A stretch of DNA of 64,000 nucleotides from Pseudomonadota bacterium (GCA_018816735.1 JAHIVH010000129.1:479-64478), one strand, 5' to 3'; positions 39,531-49,421 are shown, counted from the first letter of the stretch. The notes: generated by a model from the letters alone, not told the origin. Program-made: numbers and translations.

Positions 39531-40866
39531 GGGTATTCCTCTTGTTTTTTTTATATTCGGTCCATGTTTGGTTAATCATTTTTTTAATTTCCTGTGAAGG
39601 CGTGTCCTTTCTGATGTAACCGGATGCACCCAATTCAATGCACCTGGAAACGGTCTCATAATCGGATACCGATGTGAGCATGATGACAAATGCATCGGGA
39701 TCAGTCTCCATGATGTCTTTCAAGACGTCATCGCCCGTTTTCCCCGGCATGTTGATGTCAAGAAAAAGGATGTCCGGTTTTTTTTTACGAAACATATGCA
39801 TAACCTGATTCCCATTTTCCGCCTCGCCCACCACCTGGCCATTCATGGATTCAATGTTCTTTTTCATGAGAACGCGGATATGGCGTTCATCATCAGCCAG
39901 GAGCACTTTCAGCTTCCTTTTTTTCTGGCGTGTATCTTCTTCACTTGAAGCGGGATCCGGTTTAGACTCAGCCTCCGGACATTTTTCATCAGAAACAGGA
40001 TGATATGGCAGGACCAGTGAGAAAAGTGAGCCTTGTCCGGGGCTGCTTTTGACCAGGATATCCCCCTGATGGGCTTCGGCAATTTTTTTGGCAATGGAAA
40101 GACCCAGACCGGTACTTTTTTCCCCGCCCGTTGGTTTGACGCTCAAACGCTGAAATTCGCCAAACAGTTTATCCTGCTCTTCTTCGGGAATGCCTGTACC
40201 CTGGTCTTTTATATGAAAAAAGAGCTTTTCATTTTCTGTTTTTACGCTAATCATGACTGTTGTGTTTTCAGGGGAATACTTGATGGCATTTCCGATCAGA
40301 TTATCAATGACCTGGATTATTTTCTGGGTGTCAAGGCTGACCGGACTGAGTTCTTCTATGGAAAATTCGATCTTTATTTTTTTTTTCCGGGAAACGATAT
40401 GGTAGAGTTTGATCCGCTCTTCAACGAGTTTCCCAAAGGACACCGTCTCCAAAACAAGATCCAGTCGGCCACTTTCAATTGCCGAGACATCCAGGAGGTC
40501 ATTTACCAGATTCAACATATCCTGGCTTGCCTTGTGAATAATTGAAATCAGGCTTTTCTGCTCCTGGGACAGCGGATCGGTTTCTTCATCCAAAAGCATT
40601 TCGCTGAACCCTCTGATGGATACCAGAGGTGTTCTCAGATCATGGGCAGCCATCCCCAGAAAACGGTTTTTCACTTTGTTCAGTTCAAACAGTTTCTTCT
40701 CTGATATGGCGTAATTATCAATTATTTTTTTTAACAGCCTGTTTAAGGTTTCCGTATCATTTTCAAAAGCCCTAAAGTTTACAAGCATAATGATCATCTC
40801 TGATGGCTTGAGTTCATTTTTTAAAAGTTTTTCAAGATGAATATAAAACGCTTGTTTGCTATTCAT
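39523..40866 (-). CDS. Hybrid sensor histidine kinase with a C-terminal receiver domain
   Basis: H-box 'MAAHDLRTPL', 'IGNAIKYS', 'DQGTGIPEE', 'GLGLSIAK'. Receiver 'KVLLADDERHIR...KPDILFLDINMPGKTG'. I placed the start at the ATG at 40866 (MNSKQAF...), overlapping the upstream stop. The track extends to 40941. Confidence 0.88.
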   Translation of the reverse strand: MNSKQAFYIHLEKLLKNELKPSEMIIMLVNFRAFENDTETLNRLLKKIIDNYAISEKKLFELNKVKNRFLGMAAHDLRTPLVSIRGFSEMLLDEETDPLSQEQKSLISIIHKASQDMLNLVNDLLDVSAIESGRLDLVLETVSFGKLVEERIKLYHIVSRKKKIKIEFSIEELSPVSLDTQKIIQVIDNLIGNAIKYSPENTTVMISVKTENEKLFFHIKDQGTGIPEEEQDKLFGEFQRLSVKPTGGEKSTGLGLSIAKKIAEAHQGDILVKSSPGQGSLFSLVLPYHPVSDEKCPEAESKPDPASSEEDTRQKKRKLKVLLADDERHIRVLMKKNIESMNGQVVGEAENGNQVMHMFRKKKPDILFLDINMPGKTGDDVLKDIMETDPDAFVIMLTSVSDYETVSRCIELGASGYIRKDTPSQEIKKMINQTWTEYKKNKRNTHD

Positions 40867-41734
40867 TGCTGCGGAACCTTTCAAGAAGGGGGTTAATATT
40901 TCCCAGTTCACCATAGGGCCTGTCATCCAGTATCCCGTCAATTCCCACTTTTTTGAGCTTCACCAGTTTGTTGAACATAAAAACGATATCCTCCGTGTTA
41001 AAGATGCAGCTTCCATGCTGAGGAGCAATCTTGGTAAACGGAATGGTTGCCATTGTTTCAAGAGCATGAATCAGCGATCTTTCGCAGGGCATCATCATTT
41101 TGTGAAACTTGAGTATTTCCCTGACATGGCAATAGTCTTCATTGAGCGGGCATTTGTCGTAGTTCTCACAGATCCTGCATTCTTTTTTAATTTCAAGGAA
41201 AAGTTGCCACTTGCTTCCATAACTGCCGAAAAGATCGCTTGAGAACATGACTCCGGATTTCGAATCAAAGGTCACAAAACTACCACCCAAATGCGCATAA
41301 GGTGTTGAATAGAAGGCAAGCTTTCTTCCTGATGCAAAGGCAAAGTTGTACCCAAGAGTTTCAACAGACACGATTTTTGAAGACAACGAGTAATGCCTTA
41401 TAAACATGCTATTTTCTTCCTTTGAAATAATTTTTAAATCATCTCTGTCAATGATGTCTTCATAGTTTGAAACGCTGCCACACAAATCAGGGTCGTAATG
41501 CTGATAGATCAAGGCGCAAATTGATTTAGGCGTGATTCCTGTCTGAAGGATTTTCGTCATTACAGTCGGAAAATCCGGACGACTGCCCCCGTCTATCACC
41601 ACAGCCTCTTCACCGTCGATGATCAGGTAGGGGTTGCAGTGGAGGCCCTCTTGCGTGTCATTAAAGCCCACCCAAAAAACGCCATCAGCAATCTCAACGG
41701 CCCTGTCATAGTTTTCTTTGTCTCTGTTAATCAT
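40859..41734 (-). CDS. Metallo-beta-lactamase-fold, flavodiiron/ODP-like di-iron domain protein with a Cys-rich C-terminal part
   Basis: 'GVFWVGFND...CNPYLIIDGEEAVVIDGG', 'STPYAHLGGSFVTFDSKSGVMFSSDLFGS' and 'IAPQHGS' follow the FDP di-iron domain pattern. The first ligand motif is 'QHYDPDL' rather than H-x-E-x-D-H. 'CRICENYDKCPLNEDYCH' follows. Confidence 0.65.
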   Translation of the reverse strand: MINRDKENYDRAVEIADGVFWVGFNDTQEGLHCNPYLIIDGEEAVVIDGGSRPDFPTVMTKILQTGITPKSICALIYQHYDPDLCGSVSNYEDIIDRDDLKIISKEENSMFIRHYSLSSKIVSVETLGYNFAFASGRKLAFYSTPYAHLGGSFVTFDSKSGVMFSSDLFGSYGSKWQLFLEIKKECRICENYDKCPLNEDYCHVREILKFHKMMMPCERSLIHALETMATIPFTKIAPQHGSCIFNTEDIVFMFNKLVKLKKVGIDGILDDRPYGELGNINPLLERFRSNE

Positions 41735-42155
41735 AAAACCCTCATTATTTGAATAGATAGTGTTAATAATACCGAAAAAGGACGACGGTGTTTCTGCCAG
41801 TATTCAGATAGCAGGATCTGCTTCTTGATTTAAACGATTCAGTTCAGATTTGGGATTAACTCAACAACGTATTCGTATTTGGGTGCGCAGATAGTGGTTC
41901 GATCTGTTTTTTTACATGAAAAAATCTGTAAGATTTTTTCATTTTAATTACAAATATTTAATACAAAACCGGTTTAAGATCAATACAAAATTACAAGTGG
42001 GCACGGAAAGATTCGGATGATTAAAAACAGTTGCCAAATGATGACAATATTGAGATAATCCATTCCAATATAAATATCATGTTCGTAATTTCAAATTATG
42101 TTTTTTTAGCGAAACCCCGGAAAGAAAACTTCAAACAACACCAAGAGGTCAAATC

Positions 42156-43829
42156 ATGCAAGAAAAGCTATGGCATCAGCATTACGACTATAATGTCCCA
42201 ACCAGCATGCGTTTTCCACGTATCCCTGCACAAAACCTGCTTCAGTTGGCAGCCAATTTTTATCCTGACAAAGCAGCCATTAATTTTTTCGGCACGGAAA
42301 TGTCTTTCTGGGATCTTAGAAAAAATGCAATCCGCCTGGCAAATGCCTTGGCGTCTTTGGGGATTAAAAAAGGAGACAGGGTGGGCATTCATCTTCCCAA
42401 TTTACCCCAATATCCGGTTATGTATTATGCTGTTTTGCACCTGGGGGCCATTGTCGTTAATTTCAATCCGCTATATACGCCGGATGAACTGAAATCACTC
42501 GTGAAACAAACCGGCTTAAAAGCCGTGCTGACAATGGATGCCTTTATTCCCAATATAAAGGAAGTGACAAAAGCGGTTGACATTCCGATTCTCATTGCAA
42601 CATCTCTATTTGATTATAAGGATGGCATGGATTCGAGCACGTCTGAAAGCCTGAAATTGGAATCCGGATGGCATCATTTCTCGCAGCTCATCGAAAATTG
42701 CACAAACGATGCGCTGCCCAAGGTCGATATCCTTCCTGAAGACCCGGCCATGATTCAGTTTACAGGGGGGACCACAGGCATCCCCAAAGGCGCAACCTTG
42801 ACCCATGGCAATGTTATTGCTGCCGCATTTACCGCAGTCACCTGGGGAGCGCCGACTGCTGACCTTACCCCTAGAGAAAAGCGAAATGTCATGCTGGCCC
42901 TGCCCTTATTTCATGTATACGCAAATATTGTGGGAATGAACTGGGCCATGCTGAACTGTGCTACAATGATACTCGTGCCCCGGTTTGAAATTGACTCCTT
43001 TATGGATTTACTGGCCAATTTTGATTCCATCACCTTTTTTCCTGCGGTTCCCACCATGATCAATGCCATTGTGCACCATAAAAAAGCAAAAGAACTGAAC
43101 CTGGCAAAAAAAATCAACCTTTTAAACAGTGGCGGTGGGCCGATACCTGTGGAGCTCATTGATGAAGTCAAGAATCTGGGCATAACATACAGCGAAGGGT
43201 TCGGCATGAGTGAAACGACGTCTCTTGGCCTTTCAAATCCCAATCTGGGTTTAAAGAAAAATGGCTCAATCGGTATTCCCATTATCGGAATGGACGTTAA
43301 GTTGGTTGACACGGCAACCGGGGAGAAGGAAGTGCCGATTGGTGAACCCGGCGAACTCCTTTTAAAGGGGCCTCTTGTGATGAAGGGATACTGGGAGAAT
43401 CCGGAGAAAACAGCCGAAGAATTGAAAGAAGGATGGCTTTTTTCCGGTGATATCGCGAAAATGGATGAAGATGGATATTTTTATATTGTTGACAGGAAAA
43501 AAGATATGGTTATCGCAGGCGGATACAATATCTACCCCAGGGATATTGACGAGGTTCTCTACCAGCACCCTAAAATTCTGGATGCTGTTTCTGTAGGAAT
43601 CCACGATGCCTACCGGGGGGAAACCATCAAGGCGTATATCGTTTTGAAAAAAGATGAAACTGCCACGGAAAAAGAGATTATTTCCTTCTGCAAGGAAAAG
43701 CTTGCGGCATACAAGGTGCCAAAGCTCGTTGAATTCAGGAATGAACTTCCAAAATCGGCTGTTGGCAAAATTCTGAGAAAAGTACTTCGTGAGGAAGAAG
43801 CGCAAAAAAAACAGAAGGAAAAAAAATAA
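42156..43829 (+). CDS. fadD: Long/medium-chain acyl-CoA synthetase (AMP-forming)
   Basis: 'IQFTGGTTGIPKGATLTH', 'SEGFGMSETT', 'GWLFSGDIA', 'IVDRKKDMVI', 'PKSAVGKILRK'. Confidence 0.9.
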   Translation: MQEKLWHQHYDYNVPTSMRFPRIPAQNLLQLAANFYPDKAAINFFGTEMSFWDLRKNAIRLANALASLGIKKGDRVGIHLPNLPQYPVMYYAVLHLGAIVVNFNPLYTPDELKSLVKQTGLKAVLTMDAFIPNIKEVTKAVDIPILIATSLFDYKDGMDSSTSESLKLESGWHHFSQLIENCTNDALPKVDILPEDPAMIQFTGGTTGIPKGATLTHGNVIAAAFTAVTWGAPTADLTPREKRNVMLALPLFHVYANIVGMNWAMLNCATMILVPRFEIDSFMDLLANFDSITFFPAVPTMINAIVHHKKAKELNLAKKINLLNSGGGPIPVELIDEVKNLGITYSEGFGMSETTSLGLSNPNLGLKKNGSIGIPIIGMDVKLVDTATGEKEVPIGEPGELLLKGPLVMKGYWENPEKTAEELKEGWLFSGDIAKMDEDGYFYIVDRKKDMVIAGGYNIYPRDIDEVLYQHPKILDAVSVGIHDAYRGETIKAYIVLKKDETATEKEIISFCKEKLAAYKVPKLVEFRNELPKSAVGKILRKVLREEEAQKKQKEKK

Positions 43830-43919
43830 AACCACAGAGAGCACAGAAAAAAGAGTCTGACATTTCCATGCTCTGCGTTCTAATTGCCCTTTGGGGTTAG
43901 TAAATGAGATGATCCATCA

Positions 43920-45434
43920 TCAGCCAGATTCATTTTCCAGTGATATTAGATTCCTACCTCCTTCAGGCTCATATGTGACTTTACCCTTTTTCCCAATAGG
44001 ACAATGCGTTTCAAACCGGGATAGCACCTCAGGAGGACCAAACATGAAGGCAAATGCCCGCCTGCCATTTTCAAGACGGCCAGTTACCGTCATGTGATGG
44101 GGCAGACCGGATTTTTCATAAACAATTATATAGGATTCGATTTCAAGAATGCCTTCTGCCTGTTCAATCGGATCAGGAAGCGCTGCTTGTTCTATCTGTT
44201 CCTGAATGGCACTATCATCCCTGTCATGCCAGGGAAAAGCACCTTTTTCCTTGCCGTAAACTCCCACAGACCATTTGGTGTTAAACCACCCAAGGGCTGT
44301 CACCAGAGCCTTTTTCCCCAGCGTCGCTCTTATATAATTGACAACATTTGAAATAGAATGGAGCGAATAATTGTTACCAGGGCCTCCAAAATATGCAAGG
44401 CCGCCTGTCAGTGAGATTTCTCTTTTGTCGTCAATACTCACGCCAAGCGCATTCTTTGCGATTTCCACGGCACATGGAAAACAGTTGTAAAAATCAAAGA
44501 CGTCGATATCATTAATCGACAGACCGGCCTGTTCCAAGGCGAGCTTTCCGGCATTCTCAAGCGCAGGAGAGGTAAATAGTTCTGGCCGTCTGGAGAGGTT
44601 CCAGATATTGTTAAAGGAGGCCCCTCCCATGGGATAGACCCATTTTTCAGAAGGTATTCCCAACTCTTCTGCGAATGCCTCACTGGTCATCAGTACAGCG
44701 GCAGACTGATCCACATTTAAATTGGCGCTCATCCACAAGGTATAGGGGAACCCTACAAACCGGTTGGGAGCAACGGGCTTTGAAATCTCGTCAGCTGTTC
44801 TTTCAGTTCGAAACCAGGCATAAGGATTTCGGGAGGCTACTTTTGACAGCCGGGAACAGATATCACCGATGATTTTTCTATGGGTTTCAATGTCCCGGCC
44901 CGATGCATGCCTTAATGCATTTTCAATATAGGCATAGGCATATGGCGGCGCCATGATATCATAGAAAAATTCATGATCGCTGCCGCCTTCTCTTTCTTCG
45001 CCATCCAGATATTGAGGGGCTTCGTAAGCCGGCCAGTTCAGGGTGATTTCTCCTTTCTGGGCGCGCCTTGCCGCAAAACCGGCTTCTGCCCCTGTAATAA
45101 CCGTTACCCGGCTTTTGCCTGCCGTAATATCGTTCGCTGCCTTGTTGATATATAGCTGCGGGGTGTTTCCGCCTACAGGACTGTAGTATTTGTATTTTGG
45201 AGATATATTCAGGTTTTTTGCGAGTTCCCCGCATACATCCTTATAAGCATGGGAGAATATGTTAACCACACGAATGGTATCTACATGTTCCAGAAGCTTT
45301 TCCATGCCAGAGTCTTTTGCGGCATTTTTCGCCGTGATGGTCATGAGTCCCAACGGGTCGGCAGGAGAGGGCGTATCCTTTGCCTGTGTAAATTGAGAAA
45401 CGCCAACAATAACGGGTGTATGAACGGCAGTCAT
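43920..45434 (-). CDS. Thiolase-superfamily (SCP-x/acetyl-CoA acetyltransferase-like) protein with a ~110-aa C-terminal extension
   Basis: About 504 aa. The general thiolase-like layout and 'GGLAYFGGPGNNYSLHSI' are near the expected C-terminal active-site region. I placed the start at the ATG at 45434 (AAGGAA SD); the track uses the TTG at 45470. Function not secure. Confidence 0.6.
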   Translation of the reverse strand: MTAVHTPVIVGVSQFTQAKDTPSPADPLGLMTITAKNAAKDSGMEKLLEHVDTIRVVNIFSHAYKDVCGELAKNLNISPKYKYYSPVGGNTPQLYINKAANDITAGKSRVTVITGAEAGFAARRAQKGEITLNWPAYEAPQYLDGEEREGGSDHEFFYDIMAPPYAYAYIENALRHASGRDIETHRKIIGDICSRLSKVASRNPYAWFRTERTADEISKPVAPNRFVGFPYTLWMSANLNVDQSAAVLMTSEAFAEELGIPSEKWVYPMGGASFNNIWNLSRRPELFTSPALENAGKLALEQAGLSINDIDVFDFYNCFPCAVEIAKNALGVSIDDKREISLTGGLAYFGGPGNNYSLHSISNVVNYIRATLGKKALVTALGWFNTKWSVGVYGKEKGAFPWHDRDDSAIQEQIEQAALPDPIEQAEGILEIESYIIVYEKSGLPHHMTVTGRLENGRRAFAFMFGPPEVLSRFETHCPIGKKGKVTYEPEGGRNLISLENESG

Positions 45435-45496
45435 GATACAGTTCCTTATATTATCGTAGGGCTCATTCAATCTTGTTTTTAAATGAGCCCTTCCTG

Positions 45497-46660
45497 TTAA
45501 ATCACATAACCTGAAATGATTTCTTTCATGATTTCTGTGGTACCGCCTCCGATGGAGAGAATGCGGTTGTCCCTGTAAAGTCTTTCCACAAGGGTTTCTC
45601 TCATGAAGCCATACCCGCCGAAAATCTGTACTGCATCATAGGTTGCCTTGTCACTGACCTGACAGGCAAAATTTTTGGCCATGGACACTTCTTTCAACTG
45701 GTCGACACCGGCGTTCATTTTTGCGGCAACCCTGTAGGTAAATTCACGGCTGGCTTCCACAAGCGTCGCCATATCAACGAGCTTGTGGCGGGTGACCTGA
45801 AATCCATTCAGGCGTTTTCCGAATACTTCCCTGCTTTTGGCGTATTTGATGGATTCTTCAAGCGCAAGCTGTGCGGTCGTATTGGCCATCACACAAAGCA
45901 TGAGCCGTTCCATCTGAAAATTTTCCATGATGATATAAAACCCTTTGTTCTCCTCGCCAATACGGTTTTCAACAGGCACCCTGCAGTTATCAAAATAGAT
46001 TTCTGCGGTATCGGACGCCCACCAGCCCATTTTTTTCAGTGCTCTGCCCACTTTGTATCCGGGGGTATCCTTTTCAATAACCAGAAAACTGATGCCATGG
46101 GCGCCTTCTCCACCCGTTCTTACAGCACAGGTCAGTTGCTCTGCACGGACACCGGTCGTGATAAATGTTTTACTGCCATTTACAACATAATGATCGCCAT
46201 CCCTTACAGCTGTCGTCTTGAGGTTGGCCACATCCGAACCGCCAGAAGGTTCTGTGATACCAAGAGCAGACATTCTTTTTCCGGCAAGAACGGGTTTGAC
46301 AAATTTTTCATGCTGCGTCGGTGTCCCATGAATGACAATAGGGGGAAGGGCGATACCAAAAGAAGCGATACTTGAAACCAGTCCTGTTGATCCGCATCTC
46401 ACCATTTCTTCATTGAATACAATCGCTGTAAATACATCCCCTCCGGCACCACCCAGATTTTCGGGAATGCCAACACCCAGATATCCGAGATCAGCCATTT
46501 TTTCATAAAGTTTCCGTGGGTATTCACCGGCTTCTTCCCATTCTGTGACATTTGGCGTGATTTCTTTTTTTACAAATTCACGAAGTGCTTTCCTGAAAAG
46601 TTGATGTTCTTTCCCAAAGTATTCCTGGTAAGTATTTGAAGTGCTTGCGCCAACAGTCAT
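45497..46660 (-). CDS. Acyl-CoA dehydrogenase
   Basis: ACAD signatures 'ALGITEPSGGSDVANLKTTA' and 'QIFGGYGFMRETLVERLYRDNRILSIGGGTTEIM'. Confidence 0.92.
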   Translation of the reverse strand: MTVGASTSNTYQEYFGKEHQLFRKALREFVKKEITPNVTEWEEAGEYPRKLYEKMADLGYLGVGIPENLGGAGGDVFTAIVFNEEMVRCGSTGLVSSIASFGIALPPIVIHGTPTQHEKFVKPVLAGKRMSALGITEPSGGSDVANLKTTAVRDGDHYVVNGSKTFITTGVRAEQLTCAVRTGGEGAHGISFLVIEKDTPGYKVGRALKKMGWWASDTAEIYFDNCRVPVENRIGEENKGFYIIMENFQMERLMLCVMANTTAQLALEESIKYAKSREVFGKRLNGFQVTRHKLVDMATLVEASREFTYRVAAKMNAGVDQLKEVSMAKNFACQVSDKATYDAVQIFGGYGFMRETLVERLYRDNRILSIGGGTTEIMKEIISGYVI

Positions 46661-46696
46661 CGTTGTCTCCTTTTGTATAATGGTTTTAAAAAATTT

Positions 46697-47491
46697 TTAG
46701 AACATGCGTTCACCTGGTTGCGGGCCGCCTTCCGGCGGGCCTGCAAAGGCCTGTGCGATCGACATCCATTTTTCAGCGGTTATTCCTTTCGTAATGATGG
46801 CGGTATCTTTTATATGTCGTCTTTTCGTCACTACCAGAGAGAAATCAAGTGCATCCCCTTTTACGCTGTTTGCGGCATCGGAAGGACCCCACTCCCAGAT
46901 GTCTCCTGATGGGCTTGTCAGTTCTACTCTTACAGGGTCCTGAGGGATATCGAGTTTTCTGTTCATGAAGCTCCATCCAAATGTCGTCACACCGATATGG
47001 GCAACGTGTTTCAACCGTTCCGTTCCCGGGCGTTTTATTTTCAGGGCATCCACAATGTCCTGGCCATGGGCCCAGGTTTCCATGATTCTGGCGGTGGCCG
47101 ATGATCTGGCACTCATCGGCGGACCATACCATGGCAATCGGTCTTTGGGATTTTTGAGCCTGAATGCGTCAAGAAGTTTTGATCGTTCATTCCGCCACCA
47201 TGAAAGCAGTTTCGGAACAGGCAATTTGCCTCCAATCGCATTCACCTTTTTAAACACACTGTCCATGTCAGTAATACCTTCGAGCATTTTTGCCATATGA
47301 GCGGCAAAAGCATCCCCATCGGTTGCAGACAATCTTGCTGCTTCGTCATAATAGGCGATATGACTGATTTCATCTTTAATGGTCCAGTCATCCAATGGGG
47401 TGACGATTTGCCACTGATCTTCTCTTAGTTCTGATACAATTGCATCCAGTGAATTGTATTCTGCGTCAAGGTCCTTTAAAATCGATTCCAT
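46697..47491 (-). CDS. DinB-like / maleylpyruvate-isomerase-N-terminal-domain family protein (TIGR03084-like)
   Basis: 'LDAEYNSLDAIVSELREDQWQIVTPLDDWTIKDEISHIAYYDEAA'. The family is recalled from memory. Confidence 0.6.
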   Translation of the reverse strand: MESILKDLDAEYNSLDAIVSELREDQWQIVTPLDDWTIKDEISHIAYYDEAARLSATDGDAFAAHMAKMLEGITDMDSVFKKVNAIGGKLPVPKLLSWWRNERSKLLDAFRLKNPKDRLPWYGPPMSARSSATARIMETWAHGQDIVDALKIKRPGTERLKHVAHIGVTTFGWSFMNRKLDIPQDPVRVELTSPSGDIWEWGPSDAANSVKGDALDFSLVVTKRRHIKDTAIITKGITAEKWMSIAQAFAGPPEGGPQPGERMF

Positions 47492-47552
47492 GAAATATGC
47501 CTCCGTTTGTTTTGATGAATGATTAGATATTTTTGTATCAGGTCTTTAACGT

Positions 47553-48221
47553 TCAGTTTGGTTTGCTCTTTTCATTGGAAATCAGGCTGGATACGCCACC
47601 AATTGTAAAAGCCACCGCGCTGTCTGCAATGTCCATGAGATTACAGGATGAATCGTCCCAGATCATGTAATGACAGGCAATCTGAGCATAAATTCCCACA
47701 ATACTGACAGCCATAATTTCTGCTGAACGATCTGACTCGTATTTAAAGCCGATATTGTCACTGAGTTTCAAAAGGGCGTTTTTGATATCCAGGGCCATTT
47801 TCATAAATAGTTTTTTTCGCTGATCTTCAACCTCTTCCCCTTGTCCCACGGCCTCGCGGAACAGAATAATCGCTTTTTCCGGATGTTTCAGACAGAAGTC
47901 TCTGAAAAAGGAAAGCCCTGCGTTTTTTAATCCGTCCATGGAGTGATCTGCCGCACCGAATGCATCACCTATCATTTTTCTGAATTCATAACCGCTTTTC
48001 CGCATGGCCGTGAGAAGCAGATCTTCCTTGTTCCTGAAGTACGAATAGACCGTAGCGGCTGATACTTCCGAAAGATCACCGATCTGTTCCATGCTGGTCT
48101 GATGATATCCTTTTTCCGCAAACAGTTTTTCTGCGGCATTTAAAATGCTTTGATAGCGATATTCCTTATCCCGCTGTCGCCTTAAAGCACTTCTCGATGG
48201 TTTGATAATGGGTTCTTTCAT
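47553..48221 (-). CDS. TetR-family transcriptional regulator
   Basis: HTH 'ILNAAEKLFAEKGYHQTSMEQIGDLSEVSAATVYSYFRNKEDLL'. I placed the start at the ATG at 48221 to avoid overlapping the upstream ACAD. Confidence 0.9.
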   Translation of the reverse strand: MKEPIIKPSRSALRRQRDKEYRYQSILNAAEKLFAEKGYHQTSMEQIGDLSEVSAATVYSYFRNKEDLLLTAMRKSGYEFRKMIGDAFGAADHSMDGLKNAGLSFFRDFCLKHPEKAIILFREAVGQGEEVEDQRKKLFMKMALDIKNALLKLSDNIGFKYESDRSAEIMAVSIVGIYAQIACHYMIWDDSSCNLMDIADSAVAFTIGGVSSLISNEKSKPN

Positions 48222-48237
48222 CGTGATGTATCCTGTT

Positions 48238-49389
48238 TTACAGCCCTTCCAGTTTTGCGATAATATCGCACATGACTTCACTCGCCCCCCCGCCGATCGA
48301 GATCAGCCTGGAATCCCTGTACGCTCTTGAAATATGCATTTCGTTCATAAACCCCATGCCACCATGCATCTGAAGACAACCATCGGCTACTTTATTCATG
48401 AGGTCTCCTGCAATCAGTTTCCCCATGGAAATTTCCCTGGACGCATCCTGACCGGCCATTTTCAGTCTCACCACATGATAGGTCAGTTGCTTCAGACATT
48501 CGATTTCCGTCACCCATTTTGCGATTCTGTGTCGGAGAACCTGTTTTTTAATGAGGGGTTTTCCAAATACGATTCTTCCCTTTAAATAGTCTACGGTTTC
48601 ATCGATCATATTTTTTGTGGCCACATAGGCCATTGGCATGCAGGAAAAACGCTCATGTTGAAACTGCATCATTTGATGAATGAACCCTTCGTTCTCCACA
48701 CCAATCAGGTTTTCTGCAGGGATTTTCATGTTGTCAAAATAAAGTTCGGCCGTATCACTGCTGCGCATGCCCAGTTTGTCCAGTTTTCTGCTTACCTGGA
48801 ATCCCGGAAGATTGGTGGGAACGACAAAAAGACTAAAGGAGTGGTAGCCTGGTGCGTCGCTGGTTCTTGCAAGAAGCGTTAAAAAGTCAGCCTGGGTGCC
48901 ATTGGTGATATAGGTTTTTGACCCGTTTAAAACATAGTGATCCCCTTCTTTTTTCGCTGTTGTTTTGAGGGCAGCCACATCTGACCCGGCATCCGGTTCG
49001 GTTACGGCGATCGCAGCCACCATGTCCCCCTTTATTGCCGCTGTCAGGTATTTTTCTTTTAAGTATTCGCTGCCGAATTCATCAATGGCAGGTGTGGCCA
49101 TATTGGTCTGAACGGCAATGGCCATGGGGATACCGCCGCACCTGATATGGGCAATCTCTTCCAGGAAAACCGTTTCATACCAGTAGTCCAGTCCTTCACC
49201 ACCATACTTTGAGTCATACCGGATCCCTAAAAAACCCAGGTCGCCCATTTTTTTGAACAGGTCATGGAGTGGGGCCACTCCTTTTTCCTCCCATTCATCA
49301 ATATGAGGATTGATCTCGCGGTTTACGAAATCCCGGACTGCTTTCCGGACCAGCTCATGATCTTTTGTAAAATACATCTCGCTACCCAT
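48238..49389 (-). CDS. Acyl-CoA dehydrogenase (AtuD/LiuA-position)
   Basis: 'AIAVTEPDAGSDVAALKTTA' and 'QMHGGMGFMNEMHISRAYRDSRLISIGGGASEVM'. Confidence 0.92.
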   Translation of the reverse strand: MGSEMYFTKDHELVRKAVRDFVNREINPHIDEWEEKGVAPLHDLFKKMGDLGFLGIRYDSKYGGEGLDYWYETVFLEEIAHIRCGGIPMAIAVQTNMATPAIDEFGSEYLKEKYLTAAIKGDMVAAIAVTEPDAGSDVAALKTTAKKEGDHYVLNGSKTYITNGTQADFLTLLARTSDAPGYHSFSLFVVPTNLPGFQVSRKLDKLGMRSSDTAELYFDNMKIPAENLIGVENEGFIHQMMQFQHERFSCMPMAYVATKNMIDETVDYLKGRIVFGKPLIKKQVLRHRIAKWVTEIECLKQLTYHVVRLKMAGQDASREISMGKLIAGDLMNKVADGCLQMHGGMGFMNEMHISRAYRDSRLISIGGGASEVMCDIIAKLEGL

Positions 49390-49421
49390 AATGACCTCCT
49401 TAAAATGAGTTATTTAAACCT

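Noticed and set aside
41885-41913. tRNA-like 'GGTTCGATC' T-loop-like string
   Set aside because: The flanks have no acceptor, D or anticodon arm complementarity. It is treated instead as part of a small palindrome.
41998-42015. TGGGCACGGAAAGATTCG as a sigma-54 promoter for fadD
   Set aside because: The -24-like GGCAC is present, but no GC lies at the -12 position with correct spacing.
42031-42492. 153-aa plus-strand ORF overlapping the fadD 5' end
   Set aside because: It is in a different frame from the acyl-CoA synthetase, has a non-ATG start inside AT-rich promoter DNA, and has no motif.
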